IMG/VR virus record: IMGVR_UViG_3300047090_000036
Span: 1-45,666 of that record
Source: a virus
Taxonomy: Duplodnaviria; Caudoviricetes
DNA length: 45,666 nt
Strand: one strand, 5' to 3'
In this document: positions 10,101-18,899 of the stretch, piece after piece
How the letters are laid out: each line of letters opens with the position of its first letter
Numbering within the stretch: the stretch's first letter is position 1
Notes under the pieces: generated by a model
The model's input: the letters and a program-made list of their open reading frames with translations, nothing else
What the model was told of the DNA's origin: nothing
Database searches by the model: none
Position numbers and translations under genes: made by a program

Positions 10101-11172
10101 CTGGCGTAATACCAAGTGGTGCAGGCGGTTGATCGCCCATCTTGAATGTCTGCGCCGGATCACCAGCCTCACGTAATGCTTGCGCATCTTTGAATGCTTG
10201 TGCATCGCGAACATAGCCAGGACGCTCAACGGCACGAGCTAGTCCAGGTATACGTGTATGGTATTTGGCAGCAAGTCCCGCTGCAATGAGTGCCGCTAAT
10301 CCACCTAATACGTGACCACCAGTTATCGAACTCTCGCCACCCTCTACCTCACCTTGCGTCGTGGTGCCTTGGGTTGGTTGCGCTTGCGTCGGTGTTGGTC
10401 GCATAAATAGCGGTAATTGATCGCTGCTAGTGGTGCCGCTGGGTTGCGTCGGTCGCATGAACGCTGGTAGTTGCGGCGGAGTTGGTGAAACAGCGGCGGT
10501 TGATACACTGGGTTGCTCACTTTGTCGTGAGGTTTGGCTGTCAGGCGTCGTTTGCATAAACTTGACGCCCTCCTCTATGGCTAACGGCGCCACGGCCCCA
10601 ATTCCCAGAGGCACGGCTTTCGATGCAATGCCGCCACCCGTTGCTAATGGTGCAACAAAGCTAGCAGGAACTTGCAATACTCTAGGTAATGCTGTGAGAG
10701 CGCGAGATGGTAGAGGAACGCCTAACATACCGCCGACTGCATTACCGCCACGAACTACTGCTTCTTCTGCGGCGTTCTGTGGATCGGGTTGCATAAATTG
10801 CGGCATTACAGCGGTAGCGCGGTCTATCGAACCCTCGTATGCCTTACTCCAATCATCTATAAATTGTGGCTTAGGCGCAGATGGTTGTGGAGCTATCCCT
10901 AGTTTACCGCGAACATAATTCGTGGCAGCGTCGAATGGCTTATTAGCTAGATCGAGTAGATTGCCGATACCACTGACGTTGCCCGTTATAAAGCCCGGTA
11001 ACGAGGATGTTTGCGCAGCTACATCGGGTGGCGGTGCAAGGAAATTAGCTAGAGCGCCAGGAGCTAGGCTTTTGGCTAATAGACCGGGATAACGCACTAT
11101 CGACGCGAGAGAGTAGGGGTCGGTAGGTGGCGGTATTACAGGTGGATCGAGTGGCGTCGTTATGTCGGCCAT
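7150..11172 (-). CDS. Large internal virion/DNA ejection protein
   Basis: 1340 aa, last gene of the structural operon, Ala/Gly-rich hydrophobic segments, coiled-coil C-terminus; positional analogue of T7/P22 gp16. Confidence 0.65.
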   Translation of the reverse strand: MADITTPLDPPVIPPPTDPYSLASIVRYPGLLAKSLAPGALANFLAPPPDVAAQTSSLPGFITGNVSGIGNLLDLANKPFDAATNYVRGKLGIAPQPSAPKPQFIDDWSKAYEGSIDRATAVMPQFMQPDPQNAAEEAVVRGGNAVGGMLGVPLPSRALTALPRVLQVPASFVAPLATGGGIASKAVPLGIGAVAPLAIEEGVKFMQTTPDSQTSRQSEQPSVSTAAVSPTPPQLPAFMRPTQPSGTTSSDQLPLFMRPTPTQAQPTQGTTTQGEVEGGESSITGGHVLGGLAALIAAGLAAKYHTRIPGLARAVERPGYVRDAQAFKDAQALREAGDPAQTFKMGDQPPAPLGITPEKEALRRFQASVQDRNAVVAEHLKGVSQTDKDLAQSLGIVNNPASQNARVGNMFETGVHEATGISLPSWGKLSRDIGRLSPDEQQVLHSGLWSRSALDNRTDLFNKSMQQGKVPDPRATRTGLYNISDADLRANVAAMENTPHLNEIADRYRATMLGNLDIAEKMGFSRSELAKIRRINPNYVPSVDSEGNIAHTFARRETEPYLGNEIPNTTPWDAASQHNSELYKLFENNALKRRIIDADTHASIMDPKRASLFSRKTDYTGKDVGAPLDTATWDVYRPGGKETYHVHNKDFADLFDRNPTMTHASISALRRFYQRGVTGPLAMIGGKVFPFVNAVRTGYYLPINAPTGMAGSYLDKAFQRATGRNLRVTLDQYPGMIGAGAMDAGNLAMHGLANGLERGAKNYGNQVLRHIAGDANVDSWRQAMLDKYKASVTHEMRSRGITSGLGYGHTEVPAYQAGVKGAITRNPAADMAPGLYRAKNPFTQATMPYGVGMKKLVNEAFEVVNNMGHSHFYRLNRNNPNISKEQLVYETRRLTGDMGIRGKGAYARFTNEGVPFVNAATQDIAQFGRTMAERPVATPLSHIANMTLLGAGSLYSAMHVPGALHHLHDLMSTTQRATGPVYYTDPNDPTKYQQLSLPQNVRWKWPIIQDLMGHATGAWDARHDEPSFQRAYHTLSDILSHHVSNYAVTSALHGLGQAVDPYTSIGQIGNTLLNAAGKQWDARPEDIIRDLAHGRMPTLARNIEPRSRVPNQAGSGEPLDTNSIPMHILSSVMGIAGGIGETANRGISAYNRDGAGAAWHAVIDNLGQHFRDQNPMFNNTIWSNQGRISSSTPLIEANQNRLRVINEIAPTATSDIRNEGFTRKGGVELSGLGEKKISSDPTVQQMYFEVKRYGDNINNRLMKEIHDIEKQRNDLVNTRDTEAERRQKSNEFTQQINDRHHLVAQRIAELNKRLSQLAGKPIDVGSREIDWSKNSTQFRD

Positions 11173-11173
11173 A

Positions 11174-12202
11174 TTAGTTCACGGGATATGCCTGACCAGT
11201 CTTACCAACTACCCATATCTTACCTGTTTTCGGATCGTGGCGAACATCGAGGTTGCCCTTAGCCTTAATATCGGCGATTTTCTGTCGCACTTCTGGGGAC
11301 GCAGTTGAAGCACCGCTCGTTATCGCATCTGATACTTGTTTGCGGACAGAGTTACCTTGTTCAGTGTTAGGTAACGGAACACCAGCACTACTCGGTGCAC
11401 TAGCGGGAGTATCGCGTTGCGCCATCGGTAGATCAGGCACCGCTCCTCTAGTTTGCGTTGACGTATCTCCGCCGCCTACATGACCCGGCTGTGTTCCGTC
11501 GCCACCACCGGCGCCCGGTTTACGATCTTTATATCGTTGTAGAATATCATAGGCTTCTTTCTCAGATTGCCGCTTGAACTTAATATCGGCGTTTGCATCA
11601 TGAATAGTTATTTCGCCGCCGCCACCGCCACTAGCCGCAGCCCGTGCATTAGAGCCGGCTTCCTTAATCTTGGCAGCTTGCACCATCGGCGGATCACCGT
11701 ATTGTAGAGCCGGACCACCGGGCAATACCTTGCTGAAATAGTCAGTCGGCATCTGTATTCCGCCAGCCAATGCGCCTTGTGCTCCCTTACCCAATAAGTC
11801 TACCATCTTAGCCGTATTCATTCTAGACGACCAATCGTTGAATGGTCCCGCTGCATTAGGGTCCATACCTGCAAACGATCCAGCGGTTGCCGGATTATTC
11901 GCCGCGAAACCTATAGCACCTGGATTGTCGTTACCGAGACGCATAACGTCTATAGCGTTCTTGGCGTTATTTTCGGCTATCTTCGCGGCTACCTGATGAT
12001 AGGCAAACATACGTTGCTGGCCGAGTTGGTCAGCATAATTGGAGTTGTCGATAGAGTGTTGCGCCTGAGCACCGATCAGTGTCGGTAGCGCCATATATGA
12101 TTTACGTTCGGGGTTGGCTAAGTCAGCCGCCGCCTGAACTTCGGTAGCGTATGGCTGGTCTGCCTTAACGTTCCAGCCGATAGGTGAATTAGTCTCTGCC
12201 AT
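11174..12202 (-). CDS. Internal virion/ejection protein
   Basis: 342 aa Ala/Gly/Gln-rich; lies between other ejection-type genes. Confidence 0.55.
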   Translation of the reverse strand: MAETNSPIGWNVKADQPYATEVQAAADLANPERKSYMALPTLIGAQAQHSIDNSNYADQLGQQRMFAYHQVAAKIAENNAKNAIDVMRLGNDNPGAIGFAANNPATAGSFAGMDPNAAGPFNDWSSRMNTAKMVDLLGKGAQGALAGGIQMPTDYFSKVLPGGPALQYGDPPMVQAAKIKEAGSNARAAASGGGGGEITIHDANADIKFKRQSEKEAYDILQRYKDRKPGAGGGDGTQPGHVGGGDTSTQTRGAVPDLPMAQRDTPASAPSSAGVPLPNTEQGNSVRKQVSDAITSGASTASPEVRQKIADIKAKGNLDVRHDPKTGKIWVVGKTGQAYPVN

Positions 12203-12208
12203 GTTACC

Positions 12209-13264
12209 TCACGACGGCCACAACTTACCAGCGCCGAAACCTATATCTTGTTTCGAGTAGTCGGTGCTAGATTTGCCGCTGCTGCCGAAACCTAATGACT
12301 TATACAAATCAGTGCCACTCTTGACTAGGTTCTCGAAGCCCTTGCCTGCATTGGCTATTTGATTAGATTGGAAGTTGCTATCTACGACATTCTTCGCAGC
12401 CTGTCCCGATGCCAACGTATTTGCATTAACCATACCCGGCACGTTACCCGCAGCGTCACTCGCCGCCTTGCCACCTTGCGCCGCTCTATATGCCGCTAGA
12501 TTAGCGAGTGTTTTGTTGGTGTCGTCTGTAGCAACGCCAGGATAGTTGAACGACGGTGTAGCGTTGGCATTCAGCGTCGAATATTTGCCCAACAAGCTCG
12601 CCATATTATCGCGGTTGATTGATCCTGCGTTAGTGTAACCTGCGATCGTGCTATCTATGATCGACTTGCGTAGGCCGTCTGCGCTCTCACGTTGTAGTTG
12701 CGACAACACGGGACCAGCGGAAGTTCCCATGCGTGCATATTGTCGTAGCGTGTCAGCTACGAGAGGGTCTTGCACCGCTCGATTAGCGTTTGTAGTTCGC
12801 TCAATTAGCGCACCCGTTAATCCGCCCGGTGTCATGGGATTATAGGCGCGGATAGCACGCATTGCGGTATCAGATGCATCACTCGCAGTCAGTGAGCGTG
12901 AGAGTGCATCTTGGTTCGCAGTTTGCGCCGTCCGCATGTCGGTCGTATTACGCGATATATCAGCGAGCGCCTGTGAGGTAGCTTGTTGCTGCGGTAATGC
13001 GCCGAGTGTCGTAGTCCACTGATTAGTGTAGGGATCGTATTTCTGTGTCGTGCCTAGTGAGTCGCCGTAACCAGCCGTCGAACGCTGCAACGCGATTGCA
13101 TTGAGCATTGCTTGATATTGTTGCTGATCTCTGGCATTCTGTAGATTAGCGCCCGTGTAGTCAGCCGCTTGTTGCGCGCTACGTGTATTAGTATTGAGTG
13201 CGCTATATACGCCAGCGCCAGCACTCGCGACGGCAGCAGCGGCGGCAATTGCTGAGAAGGCCAT
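12209..13264 (-). CDS. Internal virion/DNA pilot protein
   Basis: Hydrophobic Ala-rich N-terminus MAFSAIAAAAAVASAGAGVYSAL followed by Q/A/N-rich helical sequence. Confidence 0.65.
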   Translation of the reverse strand: MAFSAIAAAAAVASAGAGVYSALNTNTRSAQQAADYTGANLQNARDQQQYQAMLNAIALQRSTAGYGDSLGTTQKYDPYTNQWTTTLGALPQQQATSQALADISRNTTDMRTAQTANQDALSRSLTASDASDTAMRAIRAYNPMTPGGLTGALIERTTNANRAVQDPLVADTLRQYARMGTSAGPVLSQLQRESADGLRKSIIDSTIAGYTNAGSINRDNMASLLGKYSTLNANATPSFNYPGVATDDTNKTLANLAAYRAAQGGKAASDAAGNVPGMVNANTLASGQAAKNVVDSNFQSNQIANAGKGFENLVKSGTDLYKSLGFGSSGKSSTDYSKQDIGFGAGKLWPS

Positions 13265-13728
13265 TAGACGTTACCTTCTTTACATTTCTTTACGTATATG
13301 CGTTCCATCAACTCGAAACCCAATGTCTCGAATATCGGTTTCGTATGATAGACTTCGCGATACGAATTATGTATCTCTTTTATTCCTAATGCTATCAACT
13401 GAGGCTCTACCGCAGCGAACAACTGTCGGCCTAGACCCTGCCCTCGATAATCTCGTGATACGGCAAACGTGTCACAATGCGCTGTCATTAGGCCACGATG
13501 TTTTATATTGTTGGTCAATAGATAGAGCGCCGCTGCCACCATCTTACCATCATCGCGGCCAACAGTTAGATGGAGGACGCTATTAATATCAAGCCGAGTA
13601 TAAGCATCCCAATTGAAATCCAGAGGAATGTGGCCGCTATTCTCTGGCGAATTATCCCAGTATTCGTAGACGAATTTGCCGTATTCCGTTTGTATTTCTC
13701 GGAATGACTCACGAGCAAACGTAATCAT
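13264..13728 (-). CDS. GNAT family acyltransferase
   Basis: Acyl-CoA motif A FAVSRDYRGQGLGRQL; C-terminal IFETLGF. Confidence 0.85.
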   Translation of the reverse strand: MITFARESFREIQTEYGKFVYEYWDNSPENSGHIPLDFNWDAYTRLDINSVLHLTVGRDDGKMVAAALYLLTNNIKHRGLMTAHCDTFAVSRDYRGQGLGRQLFAAVEPQLIALGIKEIHNSYREVYHTKPIFETLGFELMERIYVKKCKEGNV

Positions 13729-14858
13729 TAGAATGCGCCTACGGTGCCTAGACCACGCTTCTCATTCTGGTTTTGCGCTAGTGTAGGATCAAGTGGTGCG
13801 TCGCCTACACCACCCGGCGTTGTTGGTCCGCCTGAGTTAGCGCCTTGCACGCTACCACCCTGATTAAGCAATGTCTGCAAGTCGGCGAACTTCGTGTTGC
13901 CGAGCGAGCTACGTATGTCGCCGCCTAGTGTTCCTATCTGACGGCTGGCTAGATCATGCGCTCCACTTACATATGTATTGGGATCGAAGCCCTCTAGAGC
14001 GCCAGGGTTCATATTCCCGACTGTGGTATGAGCACGCGAGATATAATCGCTTAGTGCTTGCCTATCTTTGTCTACGATACCCGAGCCTATGCTACGGACC
14101 TGACTTTCGGCGGCTGTCTTGCTGCCTGATAGTGCATCGAGCGCTGCCTTATAACCAAATTCGTTAAGGGTTCCGCGCTTGTTGGCGTTCTGTAGCTGCG
14201 ACGATAGCGGGTCGAATTGTGAGCCGAGGATTTCACCTACATATGGGTCTATATTGCTATAATTAATGGCAGTGTCGGCATACGTCGAAGGTAGCAGCGA
14301 TGTAAGGGAGTTGTCGGCGCGTGTTCTGGCACCTGTCGATATGTTATTGAGAATAGATTGACCTAACGTTGGCGAGAATGCTGCCATTGGATTTGGATCG
14401 AGGTCTTGCACACCTTGGCGAGCGGTATTGAGCGCCGGTATAATGTCCGATTGCATATACTTATTGGGATCGAGACCCTGTTGGGTAAAATAATTAGTGA
14501 TATTGCTGAGGCCTGTATCGTAGGCACCTTGTAGTCGTGTATCGAATGTTGACTTAGCCGATGCCTTGTCTGCTGCGGCTTGAGCTACGGCGGCGTCACT
14601 CGTTGCTTTCTCGCCAGCTTGACGTTGCGATATTTCGGCATTGAGTTCGTCTTGTGCATTCGTATAATCTATCTGCCCAGTGTTATAGTTCATCGTGCCA
14701 CCGGGTTGCTGCACGAAAGTCTTACCACTCACCGGATCAGTGAGCACAATTGGCGGCACTATCTGTGGCGCTGCTCCACCACCTCCGCCACCCTTACCAC
14801 CACCACCACACAATCCACGAAACTCTAAGTGCGAAATAGCGCCCGGTGTCAACATCAC
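13728..14858 (-). CDS. Virion/ejection protein with CGGGGKGGGGGG N-terminal motif
   Basis: Short leader then a GGKGG Gly tract reminiscent of P22 gp7; helical A/Q/S-rich body; sits between two GNAT genes. Confidence 0.6.
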   Translation of the reverse strand: MMLTPGAISHLEFRGLCGGGGKGGGGGGAAPQIVPPIVLTDPVSGKTFVQQPGGTMNYNTGQIDYTNAQDELNAEISQRQAGEKATSDAAVAQAAADKASAKSTFDTRLQGAYDTGLSNITNYFTQQGLDPNKYMQSDIIPALNTARQGVQDLDPNPMAAFSPTLGQSILNNISTGARTRADNSLTSLLPSTYADTAINYSNIDPYVGEILGSQFDPLSSQLQNANKRGTLNEFGYKAALDALSGSKTAAESQVRSIGSGIVDKDRQALSDYISRAHTTVGNMNPGALEGFDPNTYVSGAHDLASRQIGTLGGDIRSSLGNTKFADLQTLLNQGGSVQGANSGGPTTPGGVGDAPLDPTLAQNQNEKRGLGTVGAF

Positions 14859-15331
14859 ACAACGCCCCCAGGTCGAGAATACTTGTATATTACGCCAAAC
14901 CGCTCAAATCCTAGTCGGCGGTAGAGTGCATCTACGCCCACCGAGTTTATGCTAGCAACGTCGCCAGTCTGCACATGCGTTACGTTATGCACATCATATG
15001 CCCACTTGATGAAGGCTCGAACCAACATGCTAGCGAGTTTAGCACGTGACGGTGTTCCTTCACGCACATACAATGCATACTCGTTAGCTAGTAGACGTGG
15101 GCTGAAAAAGAATGAGTCCACCTGACCTATCATCACGCCGCAATACGTCTCGTTGTCATCCATTGCCATATACTTGAACCATGTTGGTGCGGCTATCATA
15201 TGCAACGTAGACCGCTTTATATGTTCATAGTCGAATGGTATATCGCGGAATGAGCCGAGAGTGTGTAGCTCTTTAGCCAGCGCTATAGCGTATCCCATAT
15301 TCGATTGGTCAATGGGCACTATTCTAGACAT
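14855..15331 (-). CDS. GNAT-fold protein (second)
   Basis: CGVMIG, EYALYVREG..RAKLASMLVRAFIKWA, DALYRRLGFERFG; motif A degenerate. Confidence 0.75.
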   Translation of the reverse strand: MSRIVPIDQSNMGYAIALAKELHTLGSFRDIPFDYEHIKRSTLHMIAAPTWFKYMAMDDNETYCGVMIGQVDSFFFSPRLLANEYALYVREGTPSRAKLASMLVRAFIKWAYDVHNVTHVQTGDVASINSVGVDALYRRLGFERFGVIYKYSRPGGVV

Positions 15332-15667
15332 TCATTTAAGTTGTCGTTCTACGGCAATCATGCGTGCTTCGATTGCTTCCATACGTTCGGTTAACGGCAC
15401 TACTTCCGCTTTCGACTTAAGGATTTCAGCGTCTACGTAACCTTTCGGTGCCGCATGATTTGGGTCCGTCGGCATAACAGGCGGTAGATCAACTGGTGTT
15501 GGTTCCGGTGGTTCGGGTGGAAGTGGCGCAGGATCAGGTATGTTACCGTCATCTAGCCACGCTAAATATTCCTGATAGTCGCGGTTAGCGGGATCATCAG
15601 GAATGTGCGCGTTGTCAGCCACACGCAGGATTGTGTGTTCGTTCGCTGTGAGTTGGTATTCTGCCAT
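15332..15667 (-). CDS. Tail fibre assembly chaperone-like protein
   Basis: YQLT....ILRVADNAHIPDDPANRDYQEYLAWL..GN.P pattern; ATG at 15667 with GAGG RBS; follows the fibre genes. Confidence 0.7.
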   Translation of the reverse strand: MAEYQLTANEHTILRVADNAHIPDDPANRDYQEYLAWLDDGNIPDPAPLPPEPPEPTPVDLPPVMPTDPNHAAPKGYVDAEILKSKAEVVPLTERMEAIEARMIAVERQLK

Positions 15668-15675
15668 GTTTACCT

Positions 15676-16836
15676 CTAGAGGTCGGCGCTGACTGTATAT
15701 GAGAAATTCAATATGGTGCTCGTCGTCGCAACAGCGGCCCCTTGTGCATAGCCATCTCTGGGTGTCCACATTGTTAGTGTCGCACCGGTGAGGTTGCTGC
15801 TGGATGCGGTGTTAGTAATGACCGCCGTTGGAATAGCACGCATCATCACTGGTAGACTAAACGGCACAGCGTAGTTATAGCCAGCTTGATGATAAGTTAC
15901 CCCAATTACCGTTCCCGTGGCAAAGAACCTTTGCGCTTTCGCTAAGTCCTGCTGCGGATCGGGCTTCTCCAGCGGCGTCATTATGCTGCTAACTTCGAGT
16001 TGCACACCCCATAGTTGGATGGTGCCAGACTGCACACCAACGTTACCGGCGCGTGCAGCATTGGTAGTGCCAGATGAATACCAGAGGTTCAGCGTTGTTG
16101 AATGATCTCCAGCAGTGCCAAGTGTCTTACCGGCAAGACTAGCTAGTGTGAATGTGAGAGTGTAGCGTGCCCACGTCGTCGTCACCGCAACCGATTGACC
16201 GTTGTTGAGCACTGCGGCGGATGGCGAACCACCCGTGCCGAATATCTGATCTATCGAAACACCAAGGCTTCGCGGTGCAGGTGCTTGCGCATAGAAACTA
16301 ACGGTAACCGTCTTACCTGCCAGTCGTCGCACATCTTCGATTGGGTGCAAGAATTGCGTTCGTGCCGCTGCACCTGCCGTGCCGGTGAAAGCATTTGCAC
16401 ATGAATAATTAGCTGCCTCATCACCGATCTGGGTGCGGTCGGCGTCTGCGAGTTGCTGCCGTGTAACCGACGCCGTATCAGTCGAGAGGAACAGAGTCCA
16501 CCTATCGAGCGTGTATCCGTTAGCAGTAAATGGCCCATTACCACGTTGCGCTATGTTAAACAGCGGGTTCATTACGAGATTGCGCCCGACGTTATTCAGC
16601 GCCGTCCCGGTCGCCGCTTGCACAAAACTCGTTGTCGAAAGTGACGTATCGTTATCTCCGACTACGGGATTTGGGGCTGTCGGATTACCGATGAAATTAG
16701 GCGAATTTAGTGGAGCATACGCTGTGCTCGTGCCAACTGTTCCATTGATCCACTTCGCTCCATCCCACGACCACACGACGCCATTGGGTCCGAGATAAGT
16801 AGTGCCGAGTGTCGGTGAGTTGGGGAAATCGAGCAT
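15676..16836 (-). CDS. Tail fibre/receptor-binding protein 2
   Basis: N-terminal DFPNSPTLG..WSWDGAKW, APLNSPNFIGNPTAP fibre motif, beta-rich domain GRNL..NPLFNIAQRG...DRW, C-terminal QRFF...MRAIP...SADL. Confidence 0.8.
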   Translation of the reverse strand: MLDFPNSPTLGTTYLGPNGVVWSWDGAKWINGTVGTSTAYAPLNSPNFIGNPTAPNPVVGDNDTSLSTTSFVQAATGTALNNVGRNLVMNPLFNIAQRGNGPFTANGYTLDRWTLFLSTDTASVTRQQLADADRTQIGDEAANYSCANAFTGTAGAAARTQFLHPIEDVRRLAGKTVTVSFYAQAPAPRSLGVSIDQIFGTGGSPSAAVLNNGQSVAVTTTWARYTLTFTLASLAGKTLGTAGDHSTTLNLWYSSGTTNAARAGNVGVQSGTIQLWGVQLEVSSIMTPLEKPDPQQDLAKAQRFFATGTVIGVTYHQAGYNYAVPFSLPVMMRAIPTAVITNTASSSNLTGATLTMWTPRDGYAQGAAVATTSTILNFSYTVSADL

Positions 16837-16837
16837 G

Positions 16838-18895
16838 TTATAGGTCCGCCGATGCGGTGTAGACTGACGTGAAATTAGCCGGTCCCGCTGCGGTTGCTGT
16901 TACATAGACACCAAAGCTGTGTGCATCTCCACCTCCACCGACAGCAATAGCGGAAGCGTTGGTATAAGTAGTCCCGGTAAATGCTATTGATGGGTAAGCA
17001 CGCATCGTTGTGTTAAAGCTGACAGTGCAGCCTATAAATGCACCGGCTCCTGGTGTTCCGATACAATAACAGAAGCCAGTGGTGTAAAATCGCTGGCATT
17101 GCTGCAACTGCTGCACCGGATCGGGCTTCTCCAATGGCGTTGGTTGCGTCTGACCGGGTTGCGCTATTTCAAGCTGGACGCCCCAGAGTTGGAAGGTGCC
17201 GGATTGCACACCGATATTGCCAGCGCGGTTAGCTTGTGTAGTGCCAGAGGAAAACCAGAACTCAATCGCGGTGCTATCGTCTCCGGCTGTTCCTAAAGTC
17301 TTGCCAACAGCTGACGGCACGGCGAACGTCACACTATAGCGCGCCCACGTGCCGATAATCGTAACCGGCTGACCCGTCATAAATACATTTGCTGACGGTG
17401 AGCCTCCAGTGCCGAAGTTCTGCCACAACCCAATACCGATTTTCGGTGTGCCCGCAGTATATCGCCCATAGAATGACAATATAACCGTCTTGCCTGCTAG
17501 TCGGCGCACACCTTCGATGCGTTGTGTCAGTTCTGAGTATGCTGCCGCTCCTGCATTTCCGGTAACAGCAACGTTCATACAGTAGGTAAACTGCTCGTCT
17601 CCCAACTGCGTCCGGTCGGCATCGGCCACCGCCAATTGTGCAGCAGTCGTAGTGTCGAGATTGAGCGCCAGCGACCAACGATCGACAGTGAATGCGAGCG
17701 TCGTCCACGGACCAGCACCACGTTGCGCCACATTGAACATCGAGTTGTGCAGCTTATTCCGCCCGACGTTATTCAGCGTCCCTGCAACCGCGTTATCCGT
17801 ATATAACTGCGACGTGCTCTCGTTATGCGTCGTTACCCACTGCACACTGTTGGTATCATTATAGCGAACATACATCTGTCCGCCGAGACTATCCCACCAT
17901 AGCGCACCGGGAACCGCAGTCGGCGCCGTGTCACTAATTAGTGCACCACCCGGAACACCGCTCACTGCGCTATCTACATACGCCTTATTAGCGACATCAC
18001 TCGCAACTTGCGGCGCGTTTACGATGCCATGAATAGGGAAACCGCCCATGTCGATTGGGCCGTGCATCGTATCGCCGACTGTCGGTAGATATGGACCACC
18101 TGCGCTATCTACGTCAGCTTTAGTTAGTGTAACGATACCGATACGTGTATTGAACGACGCAACGCCACCCGTGCTACTGATGATCTTATTATCGACATAT
18201 TGCCGAGTAGCAGCCTGCAAGTTAGTCGTGGGATCAGCGGCTAGCGTAATGGGACCGAACATCGTGCCGCCGGTAAACGGCAGATAGCGATCCATATAGT
18301 TATATGTTAAATCCTGCCAACCGTTAGACGTAAATTCCTGCATCCTATTCATAGACGTAGAGAAATAGAGATCGCCGAGTGTAGCTGGTTGTCCTAATGG
18401 ATCGAGTGTTGGCGCCGACGCTAGTGGACCATAATATGTGCCACGAAAATTATCCCACCACGTCTTAGAATTGAGTGCGCTAGTAGCCGAATAACCTGCC
18501 TGCGTGGTAGCCGTATTAGCCGACGCTAGTGCATTTGCCTCGCTAATATCGGCAGCATCGGCACTCGCTTTCGCCTGCAATGCATAGTCAGCCGGAACAT
18601 TAGTTGCATTGGTCCAATATGTCGGATTGTTAGTTCTATCCTGTGCAAACGTCGTAGGATATGCTGCACTCGTATGCGATACCATACATTGCCGCATACT
18701 AGAGTCCGTAGGGTCGAGCAACACCTGACCAACGGTATATGTCGTAGCGTTAGTCCACGCTCCTGCGAAATTCGGTATCGCGAGGAACTGCGCCATTGCG
18801 CCGTCGATAATGTCCATGTCACCATTGATAGCTTGGTCCCACGGTATGCTATCGAATGGTGGCTTGCTCAATCTGAGGAACGGAGTAAGGGCCAC
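16838..18895 (-). CDS. Tail fibre/receptor-binding protein 1
   Basis: N-terminal TPFLRLSKPPFD, AATRQYVD and VANKAYVD fibre repeats, VASFNTRIG; C-terminal ~300 aa paralogous to fibre 2. Confidence 0.82.
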   Translation of the reverse strand: MALTPFLRLSKPPFDSIPWDQAINGDMDIIDGAMAQFLAIPNFAGAWTNATTYTVGQVLLDPTDSSMRQCMVSHTSAAYPTTFAQDRTNNPTYWTNATNVPADYALQAKASADAADISEANALASANTATTQAGYSATSALNSKTWWDNFRGTYYGPLASAPTLDPLGQPATLGDLYFSTSMNRMQEFTSNGWQDLTYNYMDRYLPFTGGTMFGPITLAADPTTNLQAATRQYVDNKIISSTGGVASFNTRIGIVTLTKADVDSAGGPYLPTVGDTMHGPIDMGGFPIHGIVNAPQVASDVANKAYVDSAVSGVPGGALISDTAPTAVPGALWWDSLGGQMYVRYNDTNSVQWVTTHNESTSQLYTDNAVAGTLNNVGRNKLHNSMFNVAQRGAGPWTTLAFTVDRWSLALNLDTTTAAQLAVADADRTQLGDEQFTYCMNVAVTGNAGAAAYSELTQRIEGVRRLAGKTVILSFYGRYTAGTPKIGIGLWQNFGTGGSPSANVFMTGQPVTIIGTWARYSVTFAVPSAVGKTLGTAGDDSTAIEFWFSSGTTQANRAGNIGVQSGTFQLWGVQLEIAQPGQTQPTPLEKPDPVQQLQQCQRFYTTGFCYCIGTPGAGAFIGCTVSFNTTMRAYPSIAFTGTTYTNASAIAVGGGGDAHSFGVYVTATAAGPANFTSVYTASADL

Positions 18896-18899
18896 TATG

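Noticed and set aside
15676-18895. Diversity-generating retroelement acting on the fibre tips
   Set aside because: No reverse transcriptase, both copies are intact genes, and the differences are not confined to adenines.
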